Positions 30,901-37,466 of a stretch of DNA of 46,125 nt are shown piece by piece. The translations under genes and the position numbers were made by a program. The DNA lies in assembly GCA_020719005.1 (NCBI GenBank), contig DYQZ01000004.1, positions 1 to 46,125 on the forward strand. Direction: 5' to 3'. The DNA comes from Candidatus Omnitrophus sp. (GTDB taxonomy: Bacteria > Omnitrophota > Gorgyraeia > Zapsychrales > Fredricksoniimonadaceae). Position 1 is the stretch's first letter; each line of letters opens with the position of its first letter. The notes below the pieces were generated by a model. That model saw nothing but the letters and a program-made list of their open reading frames with translations, did not search any database and had not been told where the DNA came from.

Positions 30901-33900
30901 TTCATTGAATGACGCGAAGAATGAATTGGCGCGTGTACAACAGGCGATTCCCGCCCAGGTCGCTACTGCAGTTGCGGCTGTTCGCGCTCCTCTTCAGACG
31001 GAGAATAGTACACTCAAGGATGCTTTAACGAAAGCAAAAGAGGAGCTTGCGGTAAAGCTTGAAGAGCTTAAAGACCTGAATGCTGAATTTGATGGGGTCA
31101 AGGAAGCGTTGGTCGCTTCGGAAAAAGAACGAGTGATCAGAGAGAAGCAGGGGGTCATGCTGACAGCTAAATTGTCATCGCTTAGCACCTCGATCCCTGA
31201 TCAGGTTGCATCAGCCAGAGAGCCTGTTCTTAAGGAGTTAAATACACTCAAAGAAAAGATCGTAGAGCAGACGGCGGATATGACAGAGAAACAGCGTCTT
31301 ATCGACGTACTTAGTGCGGATAAGGCGATGCTTTTAAAACAGGCGGAAGACCTGCGTCTTAAGCAGTCTGGCATGGGCCAGGAATTGCTCAGCACGCGCA
31401 CGGCGTTGAAAGCGCAGGAAGAAGATGTTGTTGTGAAGATGGCGCTTGCCAAGAAGCCTTTGGAAGAAGCACTTATTCAGGCGAAGAAAGATCAGGATAA
31501 GCTGCGTGCAGAGATAGGTTTGACCGCCGATCAGCTTCGGGCCAAGATGGCGGCACTTGATCAGTTGAATACGTCGTTGGTTGGTTTGACCAAAGAGCGT
31601 GATCTGTTGATTACTGAAAAGATGCAGTTGAATGCTCAGCTTGAGCAAATAAAGCTTAAAGCGGCCGTTGATGAAAAGAGCGCGATCGAGCGTTTGGCAC
31701 AAGCTGAGACTAATGTGCGCCAGCCCCTGGAAGCTCAAGTGGTAAAGGTCCGGAATGAGATGAGTGCCGAGATAAAAGCGCTTGAAGAAAAGAGTGGGAA
31801 AGAAGCGGAGGCGTTGCAAGCTAAGATCTCGTCGTTGGACATGGCGGCAAAGGACCTTTCAGGTCGCCTCGCGGAAAAAGAAGCGGTATTAAAAAGTTTA
31901 AGCGAGGAAAAACAGAACCTTTCTATGGGACTTGCTTCTCAGGAAAAAGCAAAGGCCTCTCTTGAAGGGAACATTGCGGCGTTAAAAAAGGAAATGGAGG
32001 CGGTGAATGCTTCTGTTGCGGAGCGTGTGGTGAAGGCCAAAGAGCCTTTGGAAAAGCATATCAAGGACCTTGAGAATCAGTTACGTGCAAGTGAGATCCT
32101 CGCCGGATCAAAGCTCAATCAGATGCAGGTCCCTCTTAAGGACAGGATCAGTTTTCTTGAAAATGAAGTTAAAACCGCGCAGGACCTGTATCAACAACAG
32201 GAAAAAATGGTAAAAGAAATGGTCGCTAAGCGCGATGAGCTCCTTAAGAACCTTGGTGAGGTCGAGCGTGACCGTCAGTCGCTTAAAGTTCAGGTCACGG
32301 GTCTGACGAATAAATTAACTGAAAGTGAGAGCGCGCTTCCTGTACGTTTAGCTCAGGCCAAGGCTCCGTCGGAGGCTAAGACCGTTGAACTGGAAAGTCA
32401 GGTCGAGAAATTGACCGCGGCACTTAAAGAAGCACTGGAAAATAAGGACAAGATGGCAGCGGAGTCGCTGAAAGAAGCGCAGGCTTTGCGTCAATCACTT
32501 GATCAGGCGGTGCGTGAGAAGACGTCTGTTGGTAATGAGCTCTCTGTTCTTAAGGCTACAGCAGAGGGGCTGTCGGTGTCCTCTGAGGAAAGAGCTCGAA
32601 GTGTAGAAGAGTTGCGTCAGAAGAATTTTGAACTGACACGTGAGCTTTCAGCGCTTCAGGGGAACAAGGCTTCGTTGGATAAGAAATTCCAGCAGACGGA
32701 TGCGGAGCTTAAAAATTTCCAGGGTTCCATCAGCAAGCGTATTGAAGAAGCCCGTCAGCCTTTGGAAGATACGCTGCGGTCTCTCGAGAAAAATTTGTTC
32801 GAGAAAGATACAGCTCTCAAGGATAAAGATGCCGAGATCATGCGCCTGACCAAAGAGCGCAATAATTTCGTTGGCAAGTTTTCTCAGGCGGAAGAACAAG
32901 GGAAGACATCATTAAGCAAAATGGCTCAGCTTGAAAGCCAGCAGGCAGCATTTGACCAGAAGATGAATGAGACCATTGCTCAGACCAGGGGGCCTCTTGA
33001 AAAACAGATCACGGACCTGACGCTTCGTTTGTCGTCGTTACAAGCTGAGCGCAAGGCGGAGACTGATGGCGTATCTGTCAAGTTGGCTGCTACGAATGCC
33101 GGTTGGGAAAAGCAGATGGCGGCTCTGAAGGCCGAGATGGAACGCATGACGGCAGCTTCCCGTTCTTCGTCGGAAGCGTTAAAGGTTTCTTATGAAGAGA
33201 AGATCGCACAGCTTAATATGCGTCTTAATGAATTGAAGGCCGATCTGGATGGCCGTGTTAAAACAGCGTCGGATGCGAGATCGGCGCAAGATGCACAGCG
33301 GGCGGCATTAAATGCGCTCAAGGAAGAGAAAGCAAAGATGTCGGCGGAGATCCTTCAATTGCGCGAGGCATTAAAAGTGAAAGAAGCTGATATGACGCTT
33401 AAGGTTTCTTCACTTAGCGCTTCCCGTCAGGATGAGATAAAAGCGGTTGAGGAAAAATGGGGCGCTTCAAAAGCAGAGATCGAAAAGACAGCGCAGGCGC
33501 TGAAGGCGCAGTTGAATGCGCAGTCTCTTGAGTTCACGCGGCAAATGCAGGCCAAAGAAATGATCCTCAAGGAGAAAGAATTGGCCGTATCTCAGATGCA
33601 GTTCAGGATCGAAGGGCTGGAGAAAGATCTTGATATGATGAAACAGGACAAGACATCTCTTGATGAAGAGAAGGCCCGTATGGAACAAACCCTCAAGGAG
33701 TCAAAGGCGGGTTCGATCGAATCCCGTCGTGTTGAGATCGACGCGGCTAAGGCACCATTGCTTGAGCAGTCGCGTCAACTTCAAAAGACGGTTGAATTGA
33801 AGGAGGAGGAGATCAAGGCTCAAAAGGCGCGCGAATCTGTTTTGATCCAGACCCGTGAAAAAATGAACGGCGAGTTCGTTCTGTTGAAGGATCAGCTGGG

Positions 33901-34285
33901 CAAACTCGAGGCACAATATGCCGAGGCCATGGCCTTATTGTCTAATGTGCAAGGGGCGGGACGCACAAACCTTGATGAGGCGCGTAAAGAATTAGAGGGG
34001 AAGATCGTCCAGATCCAGGCAGAGTCAGCACCTCTTAAAGCTCAAATAATGGAGAGGGACGCATCGATCAAAGCATTGAAAGCCTCATTAGAAGCATCAG
34101 TGAAAGAGAAAGATGTTATGAATGCCGAGGCTTTAAGGCTGAAAGAGAAAACCGCGGCATTGGAAACAGAATTGAGGTCTAAAGATAAAGCGTTCACAGC
34201 CCTTCGTCAGCAAGTTGATACGAAACAGCAGGACCTGAAGGCTGTTCAGGATGAATTGAACGGAGCGATGGAACTGGTCAAGTAG
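21926..34285 (+). CDS. Giant (4119 aa) secreted segmented coiled-coil protein of unknown function
   Basis: Uninterrupted 12.36-kb ORF; signal peptide (MNKK..hydrophobic..VHA-A); K/E/A/L/Q-rich heptads throughout; about 30 copies of an (S/A)(L/I)PxK(L/V)...PLxxK(I/L)-like motif; no globular or ATPase domain recognised. Confidence 0.9.
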   Translation: MNKKSILPGILAVVFLSSNLMPYGVHAAPLDMVAQDELFFAQQELKQAKDKLLAKEAELSKLVMEKEVAKMNAETASREKELLQAKIDGLQKNIVERDQSLPKQIEQSIGPLQSRADELSQELKVLQFSLEQKNIRLAEVEAQKQGIELQMRKTDDEKLLLRDSLRRVGDELDKLKTNLAKRVQEETAVQQAKIVELESKASAQKTLTDEKIKQASVVLEDKVRSLDLQLKSKDDEANAKVAAIKEQLDQKIKNLEAALLSAKNETAGALKNAEGLSKATIETLRQELGAREADAQRRVAEAKVPYEEKIKQLTSNIATVKEAALKDVQVIKGKYEEKVTALQAEMGKAKTDADVKVKAVREELQKKIDELNNKIEQDKTDAAGKLGAQRLDYDGKLALVKQETLKVQQELSSREGMIASLKQERDALLLKGEDAKKSEAVLTAKISGLQDEMAALKKNAELQVQVAKNDSALIVEKMKTDAQLAQEKIKAEADKALANADGRVAKIQEELNALRIVLKDKETQAQVAEKERDALSAKLATALSSGDALRKNMEMVQAELKTFQQSLPQKLEEGKAPLAAEIGMLKAKITALDVAARDADAKARLDIEKAEARTAVEVARIKEESAKALAVVKDDASKALALAKNDTVVGVKAAKEEAAAAVVLVRNESAGEIARIKAEASQMKDASGEEIRLLKAKIAEVQSSLPRLVELEKTPLQEKIRVLETELQQALIVAEKTSGEIKSGYETKLTGLKNTLDQQKVTFEEQLRAVKTPLEAEVRSLQQKLAEMDGTLKVKEEKIAALSSDREALLKEKEKTALSFAGEKNALMSAKADLEGLIKAAQDEGKQSALRLKELSDRKAFLDEALAKASAERVRLTTSLETVQQELKVARESVPLEVAKAADPLKGKIADIEAKAKEEAARMQMSISDLAAKMKAMTTERDALLKEKEKLVVLRANIEEELKTLKETATKEVEALPLKLAEARKPLEEKIGALSLKTVSLEAALKDKDAALLVLSKEREALTWQRATLQSEKEKLSLEAERNVQTLKMKLDDLQEEGVAKAQAAKVQLASVQEDGLRKVKASEEALSLQQKNADEQMRKVQASLDASNAQLKKVQASLEASNIALKEKQDSLTVLTGERNVLSAEKVKAVELKASTEEALKNVKAELAKENASLPEKLAQVKRPLEAELAKVKAEWMSLNEGLKNKEAQFNVLSKEHADLLNEKEKLVVSKGELEAALKDVKGSLMAAVAEMPGKIAEAKKPLESKAAGLEQELRKVSAQLTSANDKIQTLLSQQTKVMQENAALLEARNTAVARVAQLTIDQKDQAEALPVKLAETKRPLEEKIQDLEETVATSQKTIAEKENAISALDKEKAQLMKDKDSLGAAVRGANEKIALLQADIARARQDIDSKKAENAALLKERDGLENEKAATLKETAAFKKEFLALQGRAEKIAQAFEEKEKALGATIKERDGLLKDKVSLEALRSSLEGQLKESREKFASEADALPEKLLKAQEPIALQVKEAEAKYTTASEALKNKSDEAKSLQIRLEEMTKKAASLDNERAKLTQALSALQQEKETLNASIPGRVASVEVPLKEKVEALQKQLSDMNSAYKSSETEKGRILTQLGAVMKERDTLNVAVADLSGQLTQFKGQLVETREALKTNETLLPEKLASAQAEALRPVTDELAGVKAKLTDVSAQLVVKAKTVEDLSAEREALKKQIEGVNARYGKLEMLLKTRMDEMQKVIGEKDAALTKLKEDSQARWESREVEVAGVAKAKDALLKEKEQALSVLGKEAQALKTQLDQVIKEKENAVVDIQQLSSDKAALEKSIPLKVSEALRPLEAKTAQIVAELDKNAALLASKEKELSALNGAQAALQKEFKGAQEEIAGLSLSLTRAGETASVTGARLQDAKKELNDLTKEKDALVKNIGQLLDEKKGLEEALMASRREAESLQASIPERLSQVQTPLNVKLSALEKTTLEKDQVIKGLEADLSAVGQELALVKKEYATLTAEKMKADAGNQTLAKELQALKGSIPQQLASVEKPLTVKIADAEERARGMQEMLSRKEALIKDAGARQAALLKEMNEVKQAKSDLEVLLAKERTDHEAFVAGVPQQLLSVETPLKNEVMLLQKKLADNASLIHQKEEVYARLTTERDGLLKDKNAAVEEVKRLSLLVDRSREEQSAISTALVNAQKALNDEKTALPLRLSQLKAQTEAPLNARLAELDSTEKALNAALSEKQKNIVQLLSEKDRLSAQLKEEQGRAAQLSGALDVSRAEASRLKEALPKEIEEARSKARDEATRPLQAEVARLNTSLVDQKKTLDLTNEQLRIKAENEKTALQARISDAEKSIQTKDEALKALAVSKDKLDVQLKEALAQRQRQEEAALKAQALFTERLKAAETALVEVQKKAELQLGQAQESGRAELTNVKAAAQNAQASLSGKVTELSEKIKEQNSVIKEREDRLTALDRQRTGLQQELKTSQDRVISLEADLKSVGEKLSSAEKSIPQRLSALRVEVAQPLEAEMAALKAKTAGDLTALQVKAGEDVKRAQAQTAEVKASLEKALADAGARVSALDQQVSDRQAQVVLLTKEKEEVTRSLAGERAGYAKLTKEHQDLIEKMKIVEASVPQKIEQSVMASVAAAREPLQNKIAELEKRTSAMSDAIGQKDVELSRRAEALAKLVKERDLTSNELNSVKAEKGKILADLMRTEADLKATASALPEKLAAVRMDATKPLEAELAKTKQKADEDVKAAMADALSKVNDEKARREAEQRTLQEKMGVLNKELLNAQNAMLGVKTSLEGISQQRNSLVNEVAALKKENTVLARTLDEVRSEGLKEKEAGGVRIANLEAQMKAKTDDLMKQVEERIRQAENKVVEMRQQAEDRLAMAKAENQRAVETVSAEAVKTRQEAEGKLAQFNKEAGQKEKALQDELSALRQSLDVRVKALSDELKTGENSFLAMKQERDALSLRLKEEQAASLKLNVSLNDAKNELARVQQAIPAQVATAVAAVRAPLQTENSTLKDALTKAKEELAVKLEELKDLNAEFDGVKEALVASEKERVIREKQGVMLTAKLSSLSTSIPDQVASAREPVLKELNTLKEKIVEQTADMTEKQRLIDVLSADKAMLLKQAEDLRLKQSGMGQELLSTRTALKAQEEDVVVKMALAKKPLEEALIQAKKDQDKLRAEIGLTADQLRAKMAALDQLNTSLVGLTKERDLLITEKMQLNAQLEQIKLKAAVDEKSAIERLAQAETNVRQPLEAQVVKVRNEMSAEIKALEEKSGKEAEALQAKISSLDMAAKDLSGRLAEKEAVLKSLSEEKQNLSMGLASQEKAKASLEGNIAALKKEMEAVNASVAERVVKAKEPLEKHIKDLENQLRASEILAGSKLNQMQVPLKDRISFLENEVKTAQDLYQQQEKMVKEMVAKRDELLKNLGEVERDRQSLKVQVTGLTNKLTESESALPVRLAQAKAPSEAKTVELESQVEKLTAALKEALENKDKMAAESLKEAQALRQSLDQAVREKTSVGNELSVLKATAEGLSVSSEERARSVEELRQKNFELTRELSALQGNKASLDKKFQQTDAELKNFQGSISKRIEEARQPLEDTLRSLEKNLFEKDTALKDKDAEIMRLTKERNNFVGKFSQAEEQGKTSLSKMAQLESQQAAFDQKMNETIAQTRGPLEKQITDLTLRLSSLQAERKAETDGVSVKLAATNAGWEKQMAALKAEMERMTAASRSSSEALKVSYEEKIAQLNMRLNELKADLDGRVKTASDARSAQDAQRAALNALKEEKAKMSAEILQLREALKVKEADMTLKVSSLSASRQDEIKAVEEKWGASKAEIEKTAQALKAQLNAQSLEFTRQMQAKEMILKEKELAVSQMQFRIEGLEKDLDMMKQDKTSLDEEKARMEQTLKESKAGSIESRRVEIDAAKAPLLEQSRQLQKTVELKEEEIKAQKARESVLIQTREKMNGEFVLLKDQLGKLEAQYAEAMALLSNVQGAGRTNLDEARKELEGKIVQIQAESAPLKAQIMERDASIKALKASLEASVKEKDVMNAEALRLKEKTAALETELRSKDKAFTALRQQVDTKQQDLKAVQDELNGAMELVK
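23777..23974 (+). repeat. Six 11-residue (hendecad) repeats in the giant protein
   Basis: VARIKEESAKA / LAVVKDDASKA / LALAKNDTVVG / VKAAKEEAAAA / VVLVRNESAGE / IARIKAEASQM. Confidence 0.7.
25223..25306 (+). repeat. Tandem 42-nt (two-heptad) duplication in the giant gene
   Basis: KVQASLDASNAQLK / KVQASLEASNIALK; both units begin aaagtgcaggc. Confidence 0.8.
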
Positions 34286-34353
34286 AAAAAATAGGGACAT
34301 GATGACTTTTCTAACATAAATAATAAGAAAAGTCATCGTGTCCCTACTTTTTT
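34286..34353. repeat. Long inverted repeat right after the giant gene (bidirectional terminator or REP/MITE-like)
   Basis: AAAAAATAGGGACATGATGACTTTTCT (34286-34312) pairs almost perfectly with AGAAAAGTCATCGTGTCCCTACTTTTTT (34326-34353). Confidence 0.8.
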
Positions 34354-34473
34354 CGTGCCCCTCTTTCTTTATATAAGATAAGTATTTTATACTTCTATTC
34401 TTGACTATTTATTTATCAGCGTCAAAATAAAACTGTTGGTGTTACGTCCGATAATTAACAGGAGCCTAGACGC

Positions 34474-35544
34474 ATGATCGCAGCCTATCACCATCTTTGG
34501 GGCACTGTACTTCTTTTTCGGGATCCTTTCTTTCTTGCTATGTTTTTTGTTGTTGTTTTAACGCCTCTGATGATCGTTCTTGCGCATCGTTTTAATATCC
34601 TGGATCATCCGAATGAACGTAAACTACACTCTAAGCCTGTGCCGCGTTTGGGGGGGCTGGGGATCCTGATCGCTTTTTGGATGGCCGCTTTATTTCATTT
34701 GCCCTGGAGCAATGAATTCACTTCTATTCTGATCGGCGGTTCGATCATTGCGATCATGGGGATCGTTGATGATATTCGCGGCCTTTCTTCCGTGGTGCGT
34801 CTTGGTGGACAGCTTCTGGCATCTATCATTGTGATGTCGTCGGGGCTTATTGTTTCTTTTATGCCGCATACGCTTTTGGGAACGCTCATCGCATGGCTGA
34901 TCACACTCCTTTGGATCATCGGGATCATCAATGCCTTGAATTTTATGGATGGCCTGGACGGCCTGGCTTCCGGCATGACCATGATCGCAGCCTTCTTTTT
35001 CTTTTTAATGGCAGTTTATTTACGTCAGCTTGATGTGGCGCTCTTGGGTGCTGTTCTGATGGGGAGTGCAGCGGGATTTTTGTTCTATAATTTTAAACCG
35101 GCAAAAATATATCTTGGGGATGGCGGAAGCACTTTCTTTGGTTTTATGCTGGCGTGCCTGGCACTGTACGGCGGATGGTCGAATGACGGTTTCATTGTAG
35201 CACTGGGGGTTCCGACCATTATCCTGGGGGTGCTGGTGTTTGATATGATCTATATCACGATCTCGCGTATCAAGAATGGTGAGGTGAAGACATTCCGTCA
35301 GTGGCTTGATCATACGGGCAGGGATCATTTTCATCATCGTTTATTAAGCCTGGGGTTCTCTGAAGTAGGGGCCGTGCTGTTCATTTATCTGGTGTGTTTT
35401 ATCCTGGGGCTTAACGTGTTGGTGCTTGAGCGTTTGCGTAATCCATTGGGAGTTGGTATCCAGTTCTTCAATGCCATGCTTATTTTCCTGCTCATCTTAT
35501 CCTTGATGCGGACAGGGAGGGCGTTCCTTAGTAAGAAGAAATAG
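34474..35544 (+). CDS. wecA: MraY/WecA-family undecaprenyl-phosphate GlcNAc-1-P transferase
   Basis: DHPNERKLH..PVPRLGG, GIVDD, NALNFMDGLDGLA, YNFKPAKIYLGDGGS and DHFHHRL; many TM helices. Confidence 0.9.
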   Translation: MIAAYHHLWGTVLLFRDPFFLAMFFVVVLTPLMIVLAHRFNILDHPNERKLHSKPVPRLGGLGILIAFWMAALFHLPWSNEFTSILIGGSIIAIMGIVDDIRGLSSVVRLGGQLLASIIVMSSGLIVSFMPHTLLGTLIAWLITLLWIIGIINALNFMDGLDGLASGMTMIAAFFFFLMAVYLRQLDVALLGAVLMGSAAGFLFYNFKPAKIYLGDGGSTFFGFMLACLALYGGWSNDGFIVALGVPTIILGVLVFDMIYITISRIKNGEVKTFRQWLDHTGRDHFHHRLLSLGFSEVGAVLFIYLVCFILGLNVLVLERLRNPLGVGIQFFNAMLIFLLILSLMRTGRAFLSKKK

Positions 35545-35551
35545 GAGTGTT

Positions 35552-36637
35552 GTGCAGATCGATCTTGTAAAACGGACATTGCGATTTCTATTGACCCAGG
35601 GGGCTATCCTCGTCGGGGTCATTATGCTTTTTTTGATCTTAAGCAGTGTGTTCTTTGTTAAGAACGCGATCCGCTGGCATTTATCCAACATTGAACAGGA
35701 TGTGATCATATTTTCACAGCAGACCGCCCGTTCCGGTGAGGTCCCTAAACGCGGGGATCTTGGATCATATACATTTTTTATTATTGGTAATGACGGAAAA
35801 TATATCCTTCCCCGTCTACCGCGAGGGGATGAACGGGAACGTCTTTGGCAGGAATATGAAACGAAATTGATCTATGAGATGCAAAAAAGGCGGGATGGCT
35901 GGAGTTATTATCCTGATGAGAAAAGTTTGAAGTGGGGCGAGGGGCGTTATGTCATTCGTTATGTTTATCTTGAGAAACAGGGCTGGATCGTGGCCGCCGA
36001 AGGAGTTCTTCCAGGGTCGATCAGCCTGCTCGAAGGATTTTTAACAGCAAAGTTGTTCTTGGGGCTCTTTTTAATGTTGGCTCTTGCGATGGGACTTATG
36101 CTTTTTAATGCATTCTGGCATTTTAACAAAGTGATGCGCGCAGTGGCCCGGTCCCATGAAAATAATTTTATTGCCGTTCCATCATCGACGAGTGCTGAAG
36201 AAGTATCTCCGTTCGTGCAGGCTCCCGACAGGTCTTCATCGGGGGGTGGTATCCATAACAGGTCTTCGATGGTATTGCCCAAACACGTGATGGAGCCCGC
36301 GGTCGCTGTTCAACCGGAGCAAAAACCACAGGCTGTTGGAAGGGCGTTGGATCTGCTGCGAACATCGTCTGCACAAAAAAGTTTTTCATCCAGTGAATAT
36401 CCCGAGATCTCCGAACGGCATCAAGAGCAAGAAGCCCCATCGGAGAAAGAACGCGTACAGCATCCTAAAGAAAGATCCCAGGGGACGCGTTTAATGGATA
36501 CTTCTTTTATGCCCAGGCCCCAGACATCTGCCGCAGGGCCGCGGTCATTTGACGGCTTAGGTGAGGTTACGGTTGACACAACACAGATCAAGTCGCCTCT
36601 GCTTCGCAAGGCGATCGAACAGATCAGGGGGGAATAG
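35552..36637 (+). CDS. Membrane protein with Cache-like periplasmic domain and disordered cytoplasmic tail
   Basis: Two TM helices flank a ~130-aa domain (YTFFIIGNDGKYI...GWSYYP...YVYLEKQGWIVAAEG), followed by an S/P/E/Q-rich tail. Confidence 0.6.
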   Translation: MQIDLVKRTLRFLLTQGAILVGVIMLFLILSSVFFVKNAIRWHLSNIEQDVIIFSQQTARSGEVPKRGDLGSYTFFIIGNDGKYILPRLPRGDERERLWQEYETKLIYEMQKRRDGWSYYPDEKSLKWGEGRYVIRYVYLEKQGWIVAAEGVLPGSISLLEGFLTAKLFLGLFLMLALAMGLMLFNAFWHFNKVMRAVARSHENNFIAVPSSTSAEEVSPFVQAPDRSSSGGGIHNRSSMVLPKHVMEPAVAVQPEQKPQAVGRALDLLRTSSAQKSFSSSEYPEISERHQEQEAPSEKERVQHPKERSQGTRLMDTSFMPRPQTSAAGPRSFDGLGEVTVDTTQIKSPLLRKAIEQIRGE

Positions 36638-36641
36638 AGGC

Positions 36642-37466
36642 GTGTATACCAAGCACTGGTCTCTTTTTGAAAAACCTTTTGAACTGACGCCGGACCCGAA
36701 GTACGTCTATTATTCCAAGGCGCATGAAGAGGCTCTCTTGAGGCTTGTTTATACGGTGCGGGATGCCAAGGGCGCGATGCTGTTGACAGGCGGATATGGT
36801 TGCGGCAAAACGATCCTCAGCCGCGTGTTCTTGAATGAGCTCGTGAGTGCATCCAAGTATGAAGTAGCGCTCATTACAAACCCGCGTTATTCGGCCAAGG
36901 AGCTTTTGATCGAGATCATCTATCAGCTCGGCGGAGAGCGTCACGACTATAAATCCAAAGGCGAGCTCTTGCATCTTTTTAATGAGACCATTTATCGGAA
37001 CTTGGAAAATCATAAAGAAACGGTTATAGTAATAGATGAGGCGCAGGCGATCGAGGACTTAGAGACGTTCGAGGAGCTTAGGCTTTTGCTCAATTTTCAG
37101 CAGAACAACCGCTTTTTGATCACGCTGATATTGATCGGTCAACCCGAACTTCGTGCACGTCTTAAGAGTTTACCGCAACTAAAACAACGCTTGATGATCG
37201 AGTATCACCTCAATGCGTTGGATGAACGTGATTGTTATCAGTATATTGATCATCGATTGCGTGTGGCAGGGGCCAAGCATGAGATATTTGAGGCGCGGGC
37301 AAAGAAAATGATCTACAAGATCTCGGCGGGTGTGCCGCGCGTGATCAATGGTTTGGCGGATATCGCATTACTCATCGGGTATTCCGAGAATAAAAAGAGC
37401 ATTGACGAAGATTTCATTAAACGGGTGGCTGAGAATAGCGAGATGTCAACGTCATGGTCAGACTGA
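36642..37466 (+). CDS. ExeA/GspA-like AAA ATPase without peptidoglycan-binding domain
   Basis: GTG after GAGG; Y..HW.L.EKPF.LTPDP..Y.S..HEEAL, Walker A GGYGCGKT, VIDEAQ, LIGQPEL, YIDHRL.VAG and GVPRVIN. Confidence 0.9.
   Translation: MYTKHWSLFEKPFELTPDPKYVYYSKAHEEALLRLVYTVRDAKGAMLLTGGYGCGKTILSRVFLNELVSASKYEVALITNPRYSAKELLIEIIYQLGGERHDYKSKGELLHLFNETIYRNLENHKETVIVIDEAQAIEDLETFEELRLLLNFQQNNRFLITLILIGQPELRARLKSLPQLKQRLMIEYHLNALDERDCYQYIDHRLRVAGAKHEIFEARAKKMIYKISAGVPRVINGLADIALLIGYSENKKSIDEDFIKRVAENSEMSTSWSD

Noticed and set aside
22103-33916. Many minus-strand ORFs within the giant gene
   Set aside because: Ser/Phe/Leu-rich antisense shadows of a Lys/Glu/Ala-rich coding strand, with no recognisable motifs.
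21926-34285. Giant ORF as SMC/SbcC or phage tape-measure protein
   Set aside because: No Walker motifs or hinge, it has a signal peptide, and no phage genes are nearby.
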